Shown in pieces: positions 29,018 through 38,839 of a stretch of DNA of 64,000 nt (position 1 is its first letter; every line of letters begins with the position of its first letter). The stretch comes from an uncultured Planctomycetota bacterium (GTDB lineage: Bacteria; Planctomycetota; PLA2; JAEUHO01), in the NCBI GenBank assembly GCA_963752285.1, contig CAVVXN010000005.1, positions 672,001-736,000 on the forward strand, read 5' to 3'. The translations under genes were made by a program, and so were the position numbers. The notes beneath the pieces are model-generated. The model worked only from the letters and a program-made list of their open reading frames with translations, was not told the DNA's origin and made no database searches.

Positions 29018-30508
29018 TCACGGAGGCGTGATGCCCGCCACGAACGTCGCGGCCGTCGGGTCGGGCGCGACCACGGACAGGTCGGCGGCCTGCACGCCGG
29101 GCAGCGTCGCGTCGAGATCCTGTTGGTAGACGTCGTTCAGGTCCCAGAGCCACGTGGCGAGCGTGTCGTTGTCGAAGAGCGCGAGGAACCGTGGCCCCGT
29201 GCGATACGTCGCCAGCGCGACGAGCGCCGTCGGCGCGGGGTTCGCGCCGGCCGTCTCCGTCGAGACCTCGAGGGGCGTCGGGTCGAGCACGTAGTTCCTC
29301 GTCCGGCGTACCAGGGCGTGGCCCCCTGTGAACCCGGAGAGCCCCTCGAGGAGCCAGAGCCCGTCCGGCGTGACCAGCACGTCCTCCGGCCGGCCGGGGA
29401 TCGTCGAGGGGCTCTCGCCGTAGATGAGACGCGTGGCGGCCTGCACCGCGGAGAGGCTGGCCGTCGGCGACGGGAGGTTCGCGACGAACGCCAGCGTGCT
29501 CCAGGTCGCGATCGCGCCCACCCCGTTCGGGACCGGCAGGCCGTCCACGCCGGGCCCGGGGCCGAGGTCGGTCTCGAGGAACGTGGGGATGTCGATCGCG
29601 CAGAAGAGGTCCTCCGTGGCCGTCGTGCAGGTCACGAAGAGCAGGTTGCCCGCGGACCCGAGGGCGATGCCCACCGGCGCGGTGGCGGGACCGGCCGGCG
29701 GCGAGAGGACGACCGAGCCGACCTCGACGCCCGTCGTCGTGTCCACGGCGGCGACGCGGACCTGCCCGAGCGCCTCGTCGCGGAACGCCGCGTACACGCG
29801 GTCGTGTTCCCGGCCCAGCGCGATCGTGGACCGCGCGGTGACCAGGTCGCCCCCGCCCGTCGTGAGCGCGATCGTCGTCATCGAGGCGTCGCCGGGGGCG
29901 AACCAGGCGAGAGCGTGGCCGTCGCCGCCGCCCGAGTCGAGCTCGGTCCACACGCGCACGGTGGAGCCGACCTCGGTGCCCTCGAGGCCGATCGGCGCCC
30001 GTCCGCCCGGCGTCGCGGTCACGCCGAGCTCGGTGAACGACGTCGGGTCGAGCTCGACCACCGCGCTCCGCGCGCGCGAGGCGACGAAGAGGTTCGAGCC
30101 CGAGCCGAACCCGTACGTGAACCAGTCGTCCTCGAGACGGTAGTGGCCCTCGGCGTTGGCCTCCAGGCCCGCGCCGACGCGCAGCTGGAAGGGTCCGGGC
30201 ACGAGGTACACGCTGGGATCGCGGCGGACCCGGATCAGCGTCGGGTCGTCGGGGTCGAGCGAGGGAAGCATCGGGTAGGTGCCGCGCGCGTCCGCCCCGC
30301 TCACCGCGTACGGGTCGAGGATGCGCACCGGCGCGTCGTAGCGGAGGAGGAACTCGTCCACCACGTTGTCGAGCTGGGTGTCCGGCGGGGGGTAGACCGA
30401 GACGATCACCGGGCGGTGGTTGGCCGAGCCCGTCCCGCACGACGCGACGGGAAGGACGGCGAACCCGAACACGATGGCCAGGCCCACGGTGCGGACGATC
30501 GATCGCAT
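29018..30508 (-). CDS. Lipoprotein (Ig-like domain plus probable beta-propeller)
   Basis: Lipobox VAS-C; PVIVSVYPP Ig-like start; PEDVLVTPDG repeat. Confidence 0.75.
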   Translation of the reverse strand: MRSIVRTVGLAIVFGFAVLPVASCGTGSANHRPVIVSVYPPPDTQLDNVVDEFLLRYDAPVRILDPYAVSGADARGTYPMLPSLDPDDPTLIRVRRDPSVYLVPGPFQLRVGAGLEANAEGHYRLEDDWFTYGFGSGSNLFVASRARSAVVELDPTSFTELGVTATPGGRAPIGLEGTEVGSTVRVWTELDSGGGDGHALAWFAPGDASMTTIALTTGGGDLVTARSTIALGREHDRVYAAFRDEALGQVRVAAVDTTTGVEVGSVVLSPPAGPATAPVGIALGSAGNLLFVTCTTATEDLFCAIDIPTFLETDLGPGPGVDGLPVPNGVGAIATWSTLAFVANLPSPTASLSAVQAATRLIYGESPSTIPGRPEDVLVTPDGLWLLEGLSGFTGGHALVRRTRNYVLDPTPLEVSTETAGANPAPTALVALATYRTGPRFLALFDNDTLATWLWDLNDVYQQDLDATLPGVQAADLSVVAPDPTAATFVAGITPP

Positions 30509-30531
30509 GAGGCGGTGCGTTCCCTTGGTGC

Positions 30532-31323
30532 TCAGAAGCGCGTCACGGCGACGAGGAGGAGCGCGGCGACGACGAGACTTCCCCAGCGCGCGACCGGGAG
30601 AAGGGAGCCGCGCGCGTCGAGGAGGGGCGCGAGGAAGCGCGGCGCGCGGTCCACGCCCGGTCGTGCGTGCCGGGAGAGCCCCACCCACGCGTCGAGCAGC
30701 CCGACCGCGGCCACGAGCACGAGGCCGAGGAGGATCCGGTCGAGGAGGCAGGCGAGCGCGAGCACGCCGAGCCGGTCGGCGCGCAGCCACAGTCCGCGCG
30801 GCCCGGCGTCACCGCGCGCGCCGTCGAGGGTCGGGAGCCAGGCGACGAGCAGCAGGACGAGCAGAGCGAGCAGCGCGAGGGCGTCCGACGACGCGTTCGC
30901 GGCCCGTGCGACCAGCCCGCCCGCTACGAGGAGGTCCACGGCCGGTGCGAGCACGAACGCGAGGGCGGCGCCGGTCCCGGTCGCCTCCGGTCTCGCGAGA
31001 GAGAGCTCGGACAGGAGCAGGGCGGCGAGCGCAAACCCGCCGGCGAGCCGGGGGTGCCCGAGGAGCAGGAGCACGCCCGCCAGGCCGGCGACGGCGACCG
31101 CGGTGCTCGCGAGCGGGCCCGGGCCGAGGCCGCGCGCGGCGAGGAACGACGCCACCCGCCGTGCCCAGGCCGCCGCCGCCGGGTCCTTCGCGGCTCCCGC
31201 GCCGTCGGCCTCCGGGGCGGGCGGCCGGGCGCCGGCCGTCGGCGCGACCCCGGACGTGGCGCCGGGGGCGCCGCCGGAGGCGGGCCCGGGCACGGACTCC
31301 GGGACGTGGAGCTCCTCTCCCAT
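30532..31323 (-). CDS. Membrane protein resembling CDP-alcohol phosphatidyltransferase, motif degenerate
   Basis: LAARGLGP, LAR...G...D, GLWLRADR; multiple TMs. Confidence 0.6.
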   Translation of the reverse strand: MGEELHVPESVPGPASGGAPGATSGVAPTAGARPPAPEADGAGAAKDPAAAAWARRVASFLAARGLGPGPLASTAVAVAGLAGVLLLLGHPRLAGGFALAALLLSELSLARPEATGTGAALAFVLAPAVDLLVAGGLVARAANASSDALALLALLVLLLVAWLPTLDGARGDAGPRGLWLRADRLGVLALACLLDRILLGLVLVAAVGLLDAWVGLSRHARPGVDRAPRFLAPLLDARGSLLPVARWGSLVVAALLLVAVTRF

Positions 31324-31433
31324 GGCGGACAGCATAGCCGTGGCCCCCCGGCGCCGCCTGGAGGGTCTCGAGCCCCCGCGACCCGCGGGGGGACGGTAGG
31401 GGTTGGGTCGTGACGCCCAGGGAGGTGACGGCG

Positions 31434-32594
31434 ATGCGCGTGGCGGCCCGGATCGAGCGAATGGGGACGGAGGCGGCGTTCCGGGTGTTCACCCGCGCCC
31501 GGGAGCTCGAGGCGGCGGGGATGGACGTCATCCACCTCGAGATGGGTCAGCCCGACTTCCCGACGCCCGCCCACGTCGTCGAGGCGGGCATCCAGGCGCT
31601 CCGCGAGGGGCGGACCGGGTACACCCCCGCGGCCGGACTTCCGGAGCTCCGCGAGGCGATCGCGAGGGACGCCTCCCGTCGGCGGGGCGTGTCGTTCGAG
31701 CCGGAACAGGTGGTCGTGTGCCCGGGTGGGAAGCCCGTCATCTTCTTCGCGTTCCTCGCGCTGGTCGAGGCCGGCGACGAGGTCGTCCTCCCCGACCCCG
31801 GTTTCCCGATCTTCGCGTCCATGGCCGACGCGGTCGGCGCCACGAAGCGGACGTACCCGGCGGGCACCGGCGCGCGCGGACGGCCGGGGCTCGACCGGCT
31901 CGCCGCGGCGGTGAACGAGAAGACGAGCCTCGTCGTACTGAACAGTCCGGGGAACCCCACGGGCGTCGTCCACAGGCCGGACGAGATCCGGCGCATCGCC
32001 GAGGTCTGCCGCCGAGGCGACGCGTGGGTGCTCAGCGACGAGATCTACTCGCGCATCCTCTTCGACGGTTCCCACGCGAGCGTCGTCGCGGAGGAGGGCA
32101 TGGCGGAACGTACGATCGTCCTCGACGGGTTCTCGAAGACGTGGTCGATGACGGGATGGCGCCTCGGCTACGCGATCCTGCCCCCGCCGTTGGTACCGTG
32201 TTTCGAACGGCTCATGACCAACAGCGTGTCGTGCGCGGTCCACTTCGTGCAGCGCGCGGCGATCGCCGCGCTCGAAGGCCCCGACGACAGTGTGGTGGCC
32301 ATGGTGAACGCGCTCCGCCGGCGGCGCGACGTGCTCGTCCAGGGCCTCGCGGACGTCCCCGGCGTCACCCTCGACGCTCCGGAGGGCACGTTCTTCGCCC
32401 TGGCGGACGTTTCCGGCACCGGACGCGAAGCGTCGGCGCTCGCCCGGGACCTGCTCGAACGGGCGGGCGTCGCGCTCGTGGAGGGCGCGTCCTTCGGCCC
32501 CTCGGCGCGACAGTCGATCCGTTTCTCGCTGACCGCCCCCGAGGTGCGGATCGCCGAAGCGGTGGATCGTCTGCGAAACCTGCTGCGTTCGTGA
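31434..32594 (+). CDS. PLP-dependent class I/II aminotransferase (aspartate aminotransferase-like)
   Basis: GQPDFPTP, NSPGNPTG, SDEIY, GFSKTWSMTGWRLG. Confidence 0.93.
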   Translation: MRVAARIERMGTEAAFRVFTRARELEAAGMDVIHLEMGQPDFPTPAHVVEAGIQALREGRTGYTPAAGLPELREAIARDASRRRGVSFEPEQVVVCPGGKPVIFFAFLALVEAGDEVVLPDPGFPIFASMADAVGATKRTYPAGTGARGRPGLDRLAAAVNEKTSLVVLNSPGNPTGVVHRPDEIRRIAEVCRRGDAWVLSDEIYSRILFDGSHASVVAEEGMAERTIVLDGFSKTWSMTGWRLGYAILPPPLVPCFERLMTNSVSCAVHFVQRAAIAALEGPDDSVVAMVNALRRRRDVLVQGLADVPGVTLDAPEGTFFALADVSGTGREASALARDLLERAGVALVEGASFGPSARQSIRFSLTAPEVRIAEAVDRLRNLLRS

Positions 32595-32687
32595 CGGTAC
32601 CACCGGGCAGTCCGGCCCTCCCGGGGCCGACTTTTCCCGCACCCCGGCTGCCGAGCGGGCACAATGCCGACTTGGAGGAAGATTCCG

Positions 32688-34874
32688 ATGCGTACCCTTC
32701 GTCGCGTCCTCGCCGCCGTGGCCCTCGTCGCGTGCACGGGACTTCTCGTCGCGCGGGCGGAGCCGCCGGCAGCCTACCGGCTGGAAGCCCGCCTTCCCGC
32801 GAGCACGCTCGCGTTCGCCAGCGTGGAGAACGTCCACCGGTTCGGGGAGCGCGCGAGCAAGACGGCGCTCGCCCAGCTCATGTCCGACCCCGAGATGCAG
32901 GCGTTCCTGAAGCCCATCGTCGGCGCCGTGCACGAAGTCGCCGCGGGCAGCGTGTCCGAGATGCCGCCCGCCCTGAAGGACGGCCTCGCGCTGCTCGGGA
33001 AGATCCACGGGCAGGTGTCCCTCGCGCTCGTCTCCATGGACGTGCGGCAGGACAAGCCGACCCTGGCGCTGTCGATCGACTTCGGCGGCGCGTCGGACGA
33101 GTTCGTCGCCTTCCTGACGAAGCTCCAGCAGGAGATGGACCCGGGCGGAGACCTCGTGAAGTCGAGCATGCGGGACGGCCGCCAGGTCTGGGACGCGGAC
33201 GTCGGCCCCGTCGCGATCCACGCGACGGTCAAGGACGGCGCGTTCGTGGTCGCGACCGACGAGGCGCTCCTCGCGCGCCTCGTCGGGGACGAGGCGCCGG
33301 ACGGGCTCGGCCAGCAGGCCGACTTCCAGGCCGTTCGTTCGAAGTGCGGCGGCGACGACCTCGCGCTGTTCCTCTACGGCAACGTGCCGGCGATCGTGGA
33401 CCTCGCGAAGGGCCAGATGCCCCGCGCGGAGCGCGGGATGGCCATCGCCAACGTCCTGGGCCTCGACACCCTGAAGGGCGCCGGCTACGGGATGTCGTTC
33501 GTCGGCGAGGGCTTCCGCGACACGGTGGCGATCCACGCTCCGGGTGCCGATCACGGGATCGTGCCGCTGCTCGGGATGAAGCCGCTCACCGCGCCGCGCA
33601 CCCTCGACCTCGTCCCGGCGCAGGCGTTCTACTGGGCCGAGGGGAACCTGCCCCTCGACACGCTGCTCGGCCACGTGCGCGAGCTCGCCGGTCGGGCCGA
33701 TCCCCGGGCCGTGTCGCAGCTCGACGGCGCGCTCGGTCAAGCGAACCGGATGCTGGGCGTGGATATCGAGACCGAGCTGCTCGCCGGTCTCGCGGGCACC
33801 AACGGCGCCTGGATGAGCTTCCCGCCGGCCGGCGGGCTCTACCCCGAGGTCGGTCTCGTGTTCCTCGTGAAGGACCCCGCGACCTACGAGGGCGTCTTCG
33901 AGCGCTTCGCGACGGGGCTCGCGGGCTCGGTCAACGAGGAAGGACACGTCATCGCGAGCACGCGCGTCCTGGACTACCAGGGCGTCAAGCTGCACCTCTT
34001 CGACATGCAGGCCGCGCACGGAGACGACGTCGTTCCGTTCACGCCCACGTGGGCGATCCTCAAGGACCGTCTCGTCCTGACGGTCGTCCCGTACACGATG
34101 AAGGAGATCGTGCTCCGTTCGAAGGGGACCGGGCAGGAGACCCTCGCGACGCAGCCCGACTTCCAGAGCCTGATGGGCGCGAAGCCCGCCTCCGCCGGCG
34201 CCATGGAGTACATCGACCTCAAGGCGGCGATGACGCTCCTCTACGACACGGCGGTCCCGGTCCTCCAGACGCTCGCGAAGCCGAACGTGCTCGGCCGCCA
34301 CATCCCGGTCCCGCTGGACTGGGCGCAGCTTCCGCCGGCGAGCCGCATCGCCGGGCACTTCTCGAGCCTCGCCGAGTACGTGACCTGCAACGAGGACGGC
34401 ATCCAGCTGTCGTGGCAGGGTCCGCTCCCCATGCTGCCGCTCCTGGCGGCGGTGGCCGGCGCGACGGGGTTCGCCACGATGGCGCGTAAGAGCGCGACGC
34501 ACTCCGCGCGCGTACCGGGCCGTCACACGGCGCCGCCCTACGAGGAGCCGAAGGAGGCGCCGCCGCCGCGGGCTCCGAAGGAGGCGCCCGGCGGGTCGCC
34601 CTCCGACATGGAACGCGAGATGGACATCGAGCTGGCCCGCCTGCAGGCGGAGATCTACGCCGACGCCGTCGAGCGCTACCGGACGGACGAGGGGGACGTG
34701 CCGGACGACCTCGAGACGCTCGTGGACGACGGCTACGTCGCCAGCGTCACGAAGGACCCGTGGGGCGAGACCTACCGTGTCCAGCCGAAGGCGGGGGGCG
34801 GCTTCGTGGTCGTCTCCGCGGGCCCCGATCGCCGCGTCGGCACCGACGACGACATTCGCCTCGAGCGGGACTGA
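32688..34874 (+). CDS. Exported DUF3352-like protein with C-terminal GspG-like pseudopilin domain
   Basis: Signal peptide; [12 protein letters not shown]-terminal KDPWGETY...[16 protein letters not shown]. Confidence 0.75.
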   Translation: MRTLRRVLAAVALVACTGLLVARAEPPAAYRLEARLPASTLAFASVENVHRFGERASKTALAQLMSDPEMQAFLKPIVGAVHEVAAGSVSEMPPALKDGLALLGKIHGQVSLALVSMDVRQDKPTLALSIDFGGASDEFVAFLTKLQQEMDPGGDLVKSSMRDGRQVWDADVGPVAIHATVKDGAFVVATDEALLARLVGDEAPDGLGQQADFQAVRSKCGGDDLALFLYGNVPAIVDLAKGQMPRAERGMAIANVLGLDTLKGAGYGMSFVGEGFRDTVAIHAPGADHGIVPLLGMKPLTAPRTLDLVPAQAFYWAEGNLPLDTLLGHVRELAGRADPRAVSQLDGALGQANRMLGVDIETELLAGLAGTNGAWMSFPPAGGLYPEVGLVFLVKDPATYEGVFERFATGLAGSVNEEGHVIASTRVLDYQGVKLHLFDMQAAHGDDVVPFTPTWAILKDRLVLTVVPYTMKEIVLRSKGTGQETLATQPDFQSLMGAKPASAGAMEYIDLKAAMTLLYDTAVPVLQTLAKPNVLGRHIPVPLDWAQLPPASRIAGHFSSLAEYVTCNEDGIQLSWQGPLPMLPLLAAVAGATGFATMARKSATHSARVPGRHTAPPYEEPKEAPPPRAPKEAPGGSPSDMEREMDIELARLQAEIYADAVERYRTDEGDVPDDLETLVDDGYVASVTKDPWGETYRVQPKAGGGFVVVSAGPDRRVGTDDDIRLERD

Positions 34875-34878
34875 CCCT

Positions 34879-35913
34879 ACGAAGGACGGGCCGGCCGACT
34901 TCCGGAGCGACACCGTCACGCGGCCGTCGCCCGCCATGCGGCGGGCGATGGCCGAGGCGGAGGTCGGGGACGACGTCTACGGCGAGGACCCGACGGTGCG
35001 GCGCCTGGAGGAGGCCGTGGCGGCCCGCCTCGGGCGCGAGGCCGCGCTCTTCGTACCGAGCGGGAGCCAGGGCAACCAGATCGCGATCCGGCTCCAGACC
35101 TCGCCCGGAGAGGAGATCCTGGTCGGAGAGGCGAGCCACAGCCTCGACTGGGAGCTGGCCGGGTGTGCGGCCCTGTCGGGCGTGCAGGTGCGCCCGCTCC
35201 CGACGGACCGCGGCCGGATCGACGTGGGCGCGGCGACGCGGGAGCTCCGCAACGCCGGTGGGTTCCGACCCGCGTGTCGCCTCCTCGTCGTCGAGAACAC
35301 GCACAACTTCCACGGCGGGGCGGTCGTGCCCCTCGCGCACCTCGAAGCGCTCCTCGCCGCCGCCCGTGCGCGGGGTGCCCGCGTCCACCTCGACGGGGCC
35401 CGGCTCTGGAACGCGTCCGTCGCGTCGAAGACCCCGCTCGACCGGTACGGACGCGTCGCGGACACGATCATGGTCTGCCTGTCCAAGGGACTCGGCGCGC
35501 CCGTGGGGAGCCTGCTCGTCGGAGACGCCGAGCTGGTCGCGCGGGCGCGGGACGTGCGAAAGCTCTTCGGCGGCGGGATGCGGCAGGTGGGCGTGCTCGC
35601 GGCGCCGGGACTCGTCGCGATCGAGGAGGGGCTCGCCGGCCTCGCCGAAGACCACCGCCGCGCGCGCGCGCTCGCCGAGGGGCTCCTCGGGCTCGAGGGG
35701 ACTTCGCTCCCGCACGGCGAGGTCGAGACGAACATCGTGATCGTGGACGTCGGCACGCGGGACGCCCGCGCGCTCGCCACCGCCATGGCGGCGGAGGGCG
35801 TGCTCGCGAGCGCCCTCTCTCCCGAGCGCCTTCGCTTCGTGACCCACCGGGACGTGGACGACGACGACGTCGAGCGTGCGATCCTGGCGTTCGTCGCCGC
35901 CGCGAAGGACTGA
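34879..35913 (+). CDS. ltaE: Low-specificity L-threonine aldolase (start codon unclear)
   Basis: [53 protein letters not shown]. Confidence 0.9.
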   Translation, partial: TKDGPADFRSDTVTRPSPAMRRAMAEAEVGDDVYGEDPTVRRLEEAVAARLGREAALFVPSGSQGNQIAIRLQTSPGEEILVGEASHSLDWELAGCAALSGVQVRPLPTDRGRIDVGAATRELRNAGGFRPACRLLVVENTHNFHGGAVVPLAHLEALLAAARARGARVHLDGARLWNASVASKTPLDRYGRVADTIMVCLSKGLGAPVGSLLVGDAELVARARDVRKLFGGGMRQVGVLAAPGLVAIEEGLAGLAEDHRRARALAEGLLGLEGTSLPHGEVETNIVIVDVGTRDARALATAMAAEGVLASALSPERLRFVTHRDVDDDDVERAILAFVAAAKD

Positions 35914-35917
35914 CCCG

Positions 35918-37093
35918 ATGGGCGGCGGACGCGTGGTGCGCGTCGTGACGCGCCTGAACCGTGGCGGCCCCCTGCGCCAGCTCGAGGCGCTGGTGCCGGG
36001 CCTGCGGCAGCACGGGTGGGACGGCCCCGTCGTGGTGGGGCGGGTGGAGCCGCACGAGCCCGACGGCGCGTCCGAGCTCGAGACGCTCGGCGTCGAGGTG
36101 ATCCGCCTCCCGACGCTCAAGCGTGCCGTGGCGCCGGTGGACGACGCGCGCTCCCTCTCCCGCCTGGCGCGCCTGCTCCAGGACCTCCAGCCCGACGTGG
36201 TGCACACCCACCTCGCGAAGGCGGGCGCGGTCGGGCGCCTGGCGGCGCAGGCCGTGGGCGTGCCCGCCGTCCACACCTTCCACGGCCACCACCTCCGGGC
36301 CGCGCCGCCGCTCGCCTGGTTCGCCCGGCGCTCGGAGCGCTGGCTCGCGCGGAGCACGGCGGCCGCGGTGGTCCTGACGCCGCGGCAGCGGCGCGACCTC
36401 GTGGACCTCTACCGCGTCGTGCCCGCCGCGAAGGCGACCCTCGTTCCCCCCGGCATCGACCTCGGCGCGGTGCGGGCCCGTGCCGAGGCGACGGACGCGC
36501 TCGCGCTCCGCCGACGTCTCGCGCCCGACGGCGCGTGCCTCTTCGTGTGGGCGGGTCGGTTCGTCCACGCGAAGGACCCGGCGTTGCTCGTCGAGGCGGC
36601 GCGGCGGCTCTCGTCGTCCGCGCGCATCGTGTTGCTGGGCGACGGACCGCTGCGCGACGCCGTGCGCGCGCGGGCCACCGCGGGCGGTCTCGCCGATCGG
36701 GTGCGCTTTCCGGGACCCGTGCCCGACGCCGCGCCGTGGATCGCCGCGTCCGACGCCGTGGTGCTGTCGTCGCGGAGCGAGGGCGCGCCGATCCTCCTGC
36801 TCGAGGCGAAGGCCCTCGCACGACCGGCGATCGCGACCTCCGTCGGCGGGGTCCCCGACGTCGTGGCGCACGGGGTGGACGGTCTCTGGGTGCCGCCCGG
36901 AGATCCCGCCGCCCTCGCGAACGCCATCGACCGGCTGGCGCGGGACCCCGCGCTCTGCCGGCGGCTCGGGGAGGCGGCGGGCGCGGGGGTGGAGGCCCGC
37001 TACGGCGCGCTCCGCCTCGCGAGGCGGACGGCCGCCCTGTACGAGCGGGTGAGGGCCCGCGCCGCCGGGGGCCGGGCCGCGGGCCGCCGGTAG
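35918..37093 (+). CDS. Glycosyltransferase family 4
   Basis: TRLNRGGP, VHTHLAKAG, HTFHGH, SRSEGAPILLLEA. Confidence 0.9.
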   Translation: MGGGRVVRVVTRLNRGGPLRQLEALVPGLRQHGWDGPVVVGRVEPHEPDGASELETLGVEVIRLPTLKRAVAPVDDARSLSRLARLLQDLQPDVVHTHLAKAGAVGRLAAQAVGVPAVHTFHGHHLRAAPPLAWFARRSERWLARSTAAAVVLTPRQRRDLVDLYRVVPAAKATLVPPGIDLGAVRARAEATDALALRRRLAPDGACLFVWAGRFVHAKDPALLVEAARRLSSSARIVLLGDGPLRDAVRARATAGGLADRVRFPGPVPDAAPWIAASDAVVLSSRSEGAPILLLEAKALARPAIATSVGGVPDVVAHGVDGLWVPPGDPAALANAIDRLARDPALCRRLGEAAGAGVEARYGALRLARRTAALYERVRARAAGGRAAGRR

Positions 37094-37103
37094 GATCGCG
37101 CCG

Positions 37104-38057
37104 GTGTCCGCCGACCGTCCCGCCCCCGCGAGGCCGCACCCCCTCCACGACCCGGCGCTCAAGCCGCCCGGCGCGCCGCGCGAGCGGCTCGCCCCGTGGC
37201 TCAAGAAGCGGCTGCCGACGGGCGACGGGGTGGAGCGCGTGCGCGCGCTCGTCGCGGGCCAGAGCCTCCACACGGTCTGCCAGAGCGCGCGCTGCCCGAA
37301 CCTGAACGAGTGCTGGTCGCGGCGTGCGGCGACGTTCATGATCCTCGGGGACCTCTGCACGCGCACGTGCCGCTTCTGCACCGTCTTGAAGGGGAAACCG
37401 CTCGCGCCCGACGAGGCCGAGCCCGCGCACGTCGCGGCCGCGGCCGCGGAGCTCGGCCTCCTCCACGTCGTGATCACGAGCGTGGACCGTGACGACCTGG
37501 AAGACCAGGGCGCGGGCCACTTCGCCGCCACGATCCGCGCCGTCCGCGAACGCCTGCCCACCGCGGCGATCGAGGTCCTGACGCCCGACTTTCGCGGCGA
37601 CCTGGACCTCGTGGGCGTGGTCGTGGCCGCGCGACCCACGATCTACAACCACAACCTCGAGACGGTCCCGCGCCTCTACCCGCGGGTCCGCCCCGGCGCG
37701 GGGTACGAGCGGAGCCTCTCGGTCCTGCGGCACGCGAAGGCGCTCGACCCGAAGGGCATCACGAAGTCCGGCCTGATGCTCGGCCTGGGAGAGCGTGACG
37801 ACGACCTCGACCAGACCCTGCGGGACCTCCGCACGATCGGCGTGGACGTCTTGACGCTCGGTCAGTACCTGCGGCCGTCGATGGCCCAGCTTCCGGTGGA
37901 GCGCTTCGTCCCGCCCGAGGAGTTCGAGGCCTGGGCGCGCCGCGGCAAGGAGCTCGGGTTCCTCTCCGTCGCGAGCGGGCCGTTCGTTCGCTCCTCCTAC
38001 AACGCGGCCGAGGTGTACGCCGCGATCGGCACGGCTACGGGCGCGGGGAGCCCGTGA
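37104..38057 (+). CDS. lipA: Lipoyl synthase
   Basis: CQSARCPNLNEC and CTRTCRFC cluster motifs; RSSY. Confidence 0.96.
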   Translation: MSADRPAPARPHPLHDPALKPPGAPRERLAPWLKKRLPTGDGVERVRALVAGQSLHTVCQSARCPNLNECWSRRAATFMILGDLCTRTCRFCTVLKGKPLAPDEAEPAHVAAAAAELGLLHVVITSVDRDDLEDQGAGHFAATIRAVRERLPTAAIEVLTPDFRGDLDLVGVVVAARPTIYNHNLETVPRLYPRVRPGAGYERSLSVLRHAKALDPKGITKSGLMLGLGERDDDLDQTLRDLRTIGVDVLTLGQYLRPSMAQLPVERFVPPEEFEAWARRGKELGFLSVASGPFVRSSYNAAEVYAAIGTATGAGSP

Positions 38058-38839
38058 CGCCGGCGCCGGTGCTGTCGCTCCTGACGGACTTCGGACCGGG
38101 GAGCGTGTACGTCGGCGAGGTGCACGCGGTCGTGCGCTCGCTGCTCCCCGACGCGGTGGTCGTAGACCTCGCGCACGACTGCCCGCCGGGCGACGTCGAG
38201 GCGGGCGCGTACCTGATCGGCCGGGCGTGGTCGCTCTGCCCGCCCGGAACGGCCCACGTCGTGGTGGTGGACCCCGGCGTGGGGACGGCCCGAAGGATCC
38301 TCGCGGCGCGCGCGCGCGGCCACCTCTTCGTCGGACCCGACAACGGCGTGCTCGCCCCGCTCGTCGAGGGGGGCGAGGTCCGAAGCGTCGAGAACGACGC
38401 GCTGTTCCGCCGTCCGACCTGCGCCACCTTTCACGGTCGCGACGTGATGGCGCCGGTCGCGGCGCGGCTCCTGTCGGGGACCCCGTTCGCGGAGGTGGGG
38501 CCGCCCGCATCGCCCCGCGCGCTCGAAGGCGGCGCCGTCACGAAGGAGGACGTCGTCGAGGGTCGCGTGCTCCTCCACGACCGGTTCGGGAACCTCGTCA
38601 CCAACGTCCCCGCCTCGGCCGTCCTGGCGCTCGGCGGCGTGGGCCGCGCGCTGCGCGTCCGTGTCGGCGACGCGTGCGTCGAGGGCATCTCGCGGACCTT
38701 CGGCGACGTGGCCCAGGGTGCGCCCCTCGCGTACGTGGGCAGCGGAGGTCACCTCGAGATCGCGGTCAACGGCGGGCGCGCCTCCGACCTCTTCCCGTGG
38801 CCGCACGCCGCCGTGCGCGTCGAACGGATGGCGCCGTGA
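38054..38839 (+). CDS. SAM hydrolase / SAM hydroxide adenosyltransferase (DUF62)
   Basis: LLTDFG, VVDPGVGTARR, GPDNG, TFHGRD, DRFGNLVTN. Confidence 0.92.
   Translation: MTPAPVLSLLTDFGPGSVYVGEVHAVVRSLLPDAVVVDLAHDCPPGDVEAGAYLIGRAWSLCPPGTAHVVVVDPGVGTARRILAARARGHLFVGPDNGVLAPLVEGGEVRSVENDALFRRPTCATFHGRDVMAPVAARLLSGTPFAEVGPPASPRALEGGAVTKEDVVEGRVLLHDRFGNLVTNVPASAVLALGGVGRALRVRVGDACVEGISRTFGDVAQGAPLAYVGSGGHLEIAVNGGRASDLFPWPHAAVRVERMAP

Noticed and set aside
38054..38839. Fluorinase/chlorinase call
   Set aside because: Has the Asp-Arg-His residues typical of DUF62 SAM hydrolases (VDPGVGTAR, TFHGRD), and no biosynthetic cluster is nearby
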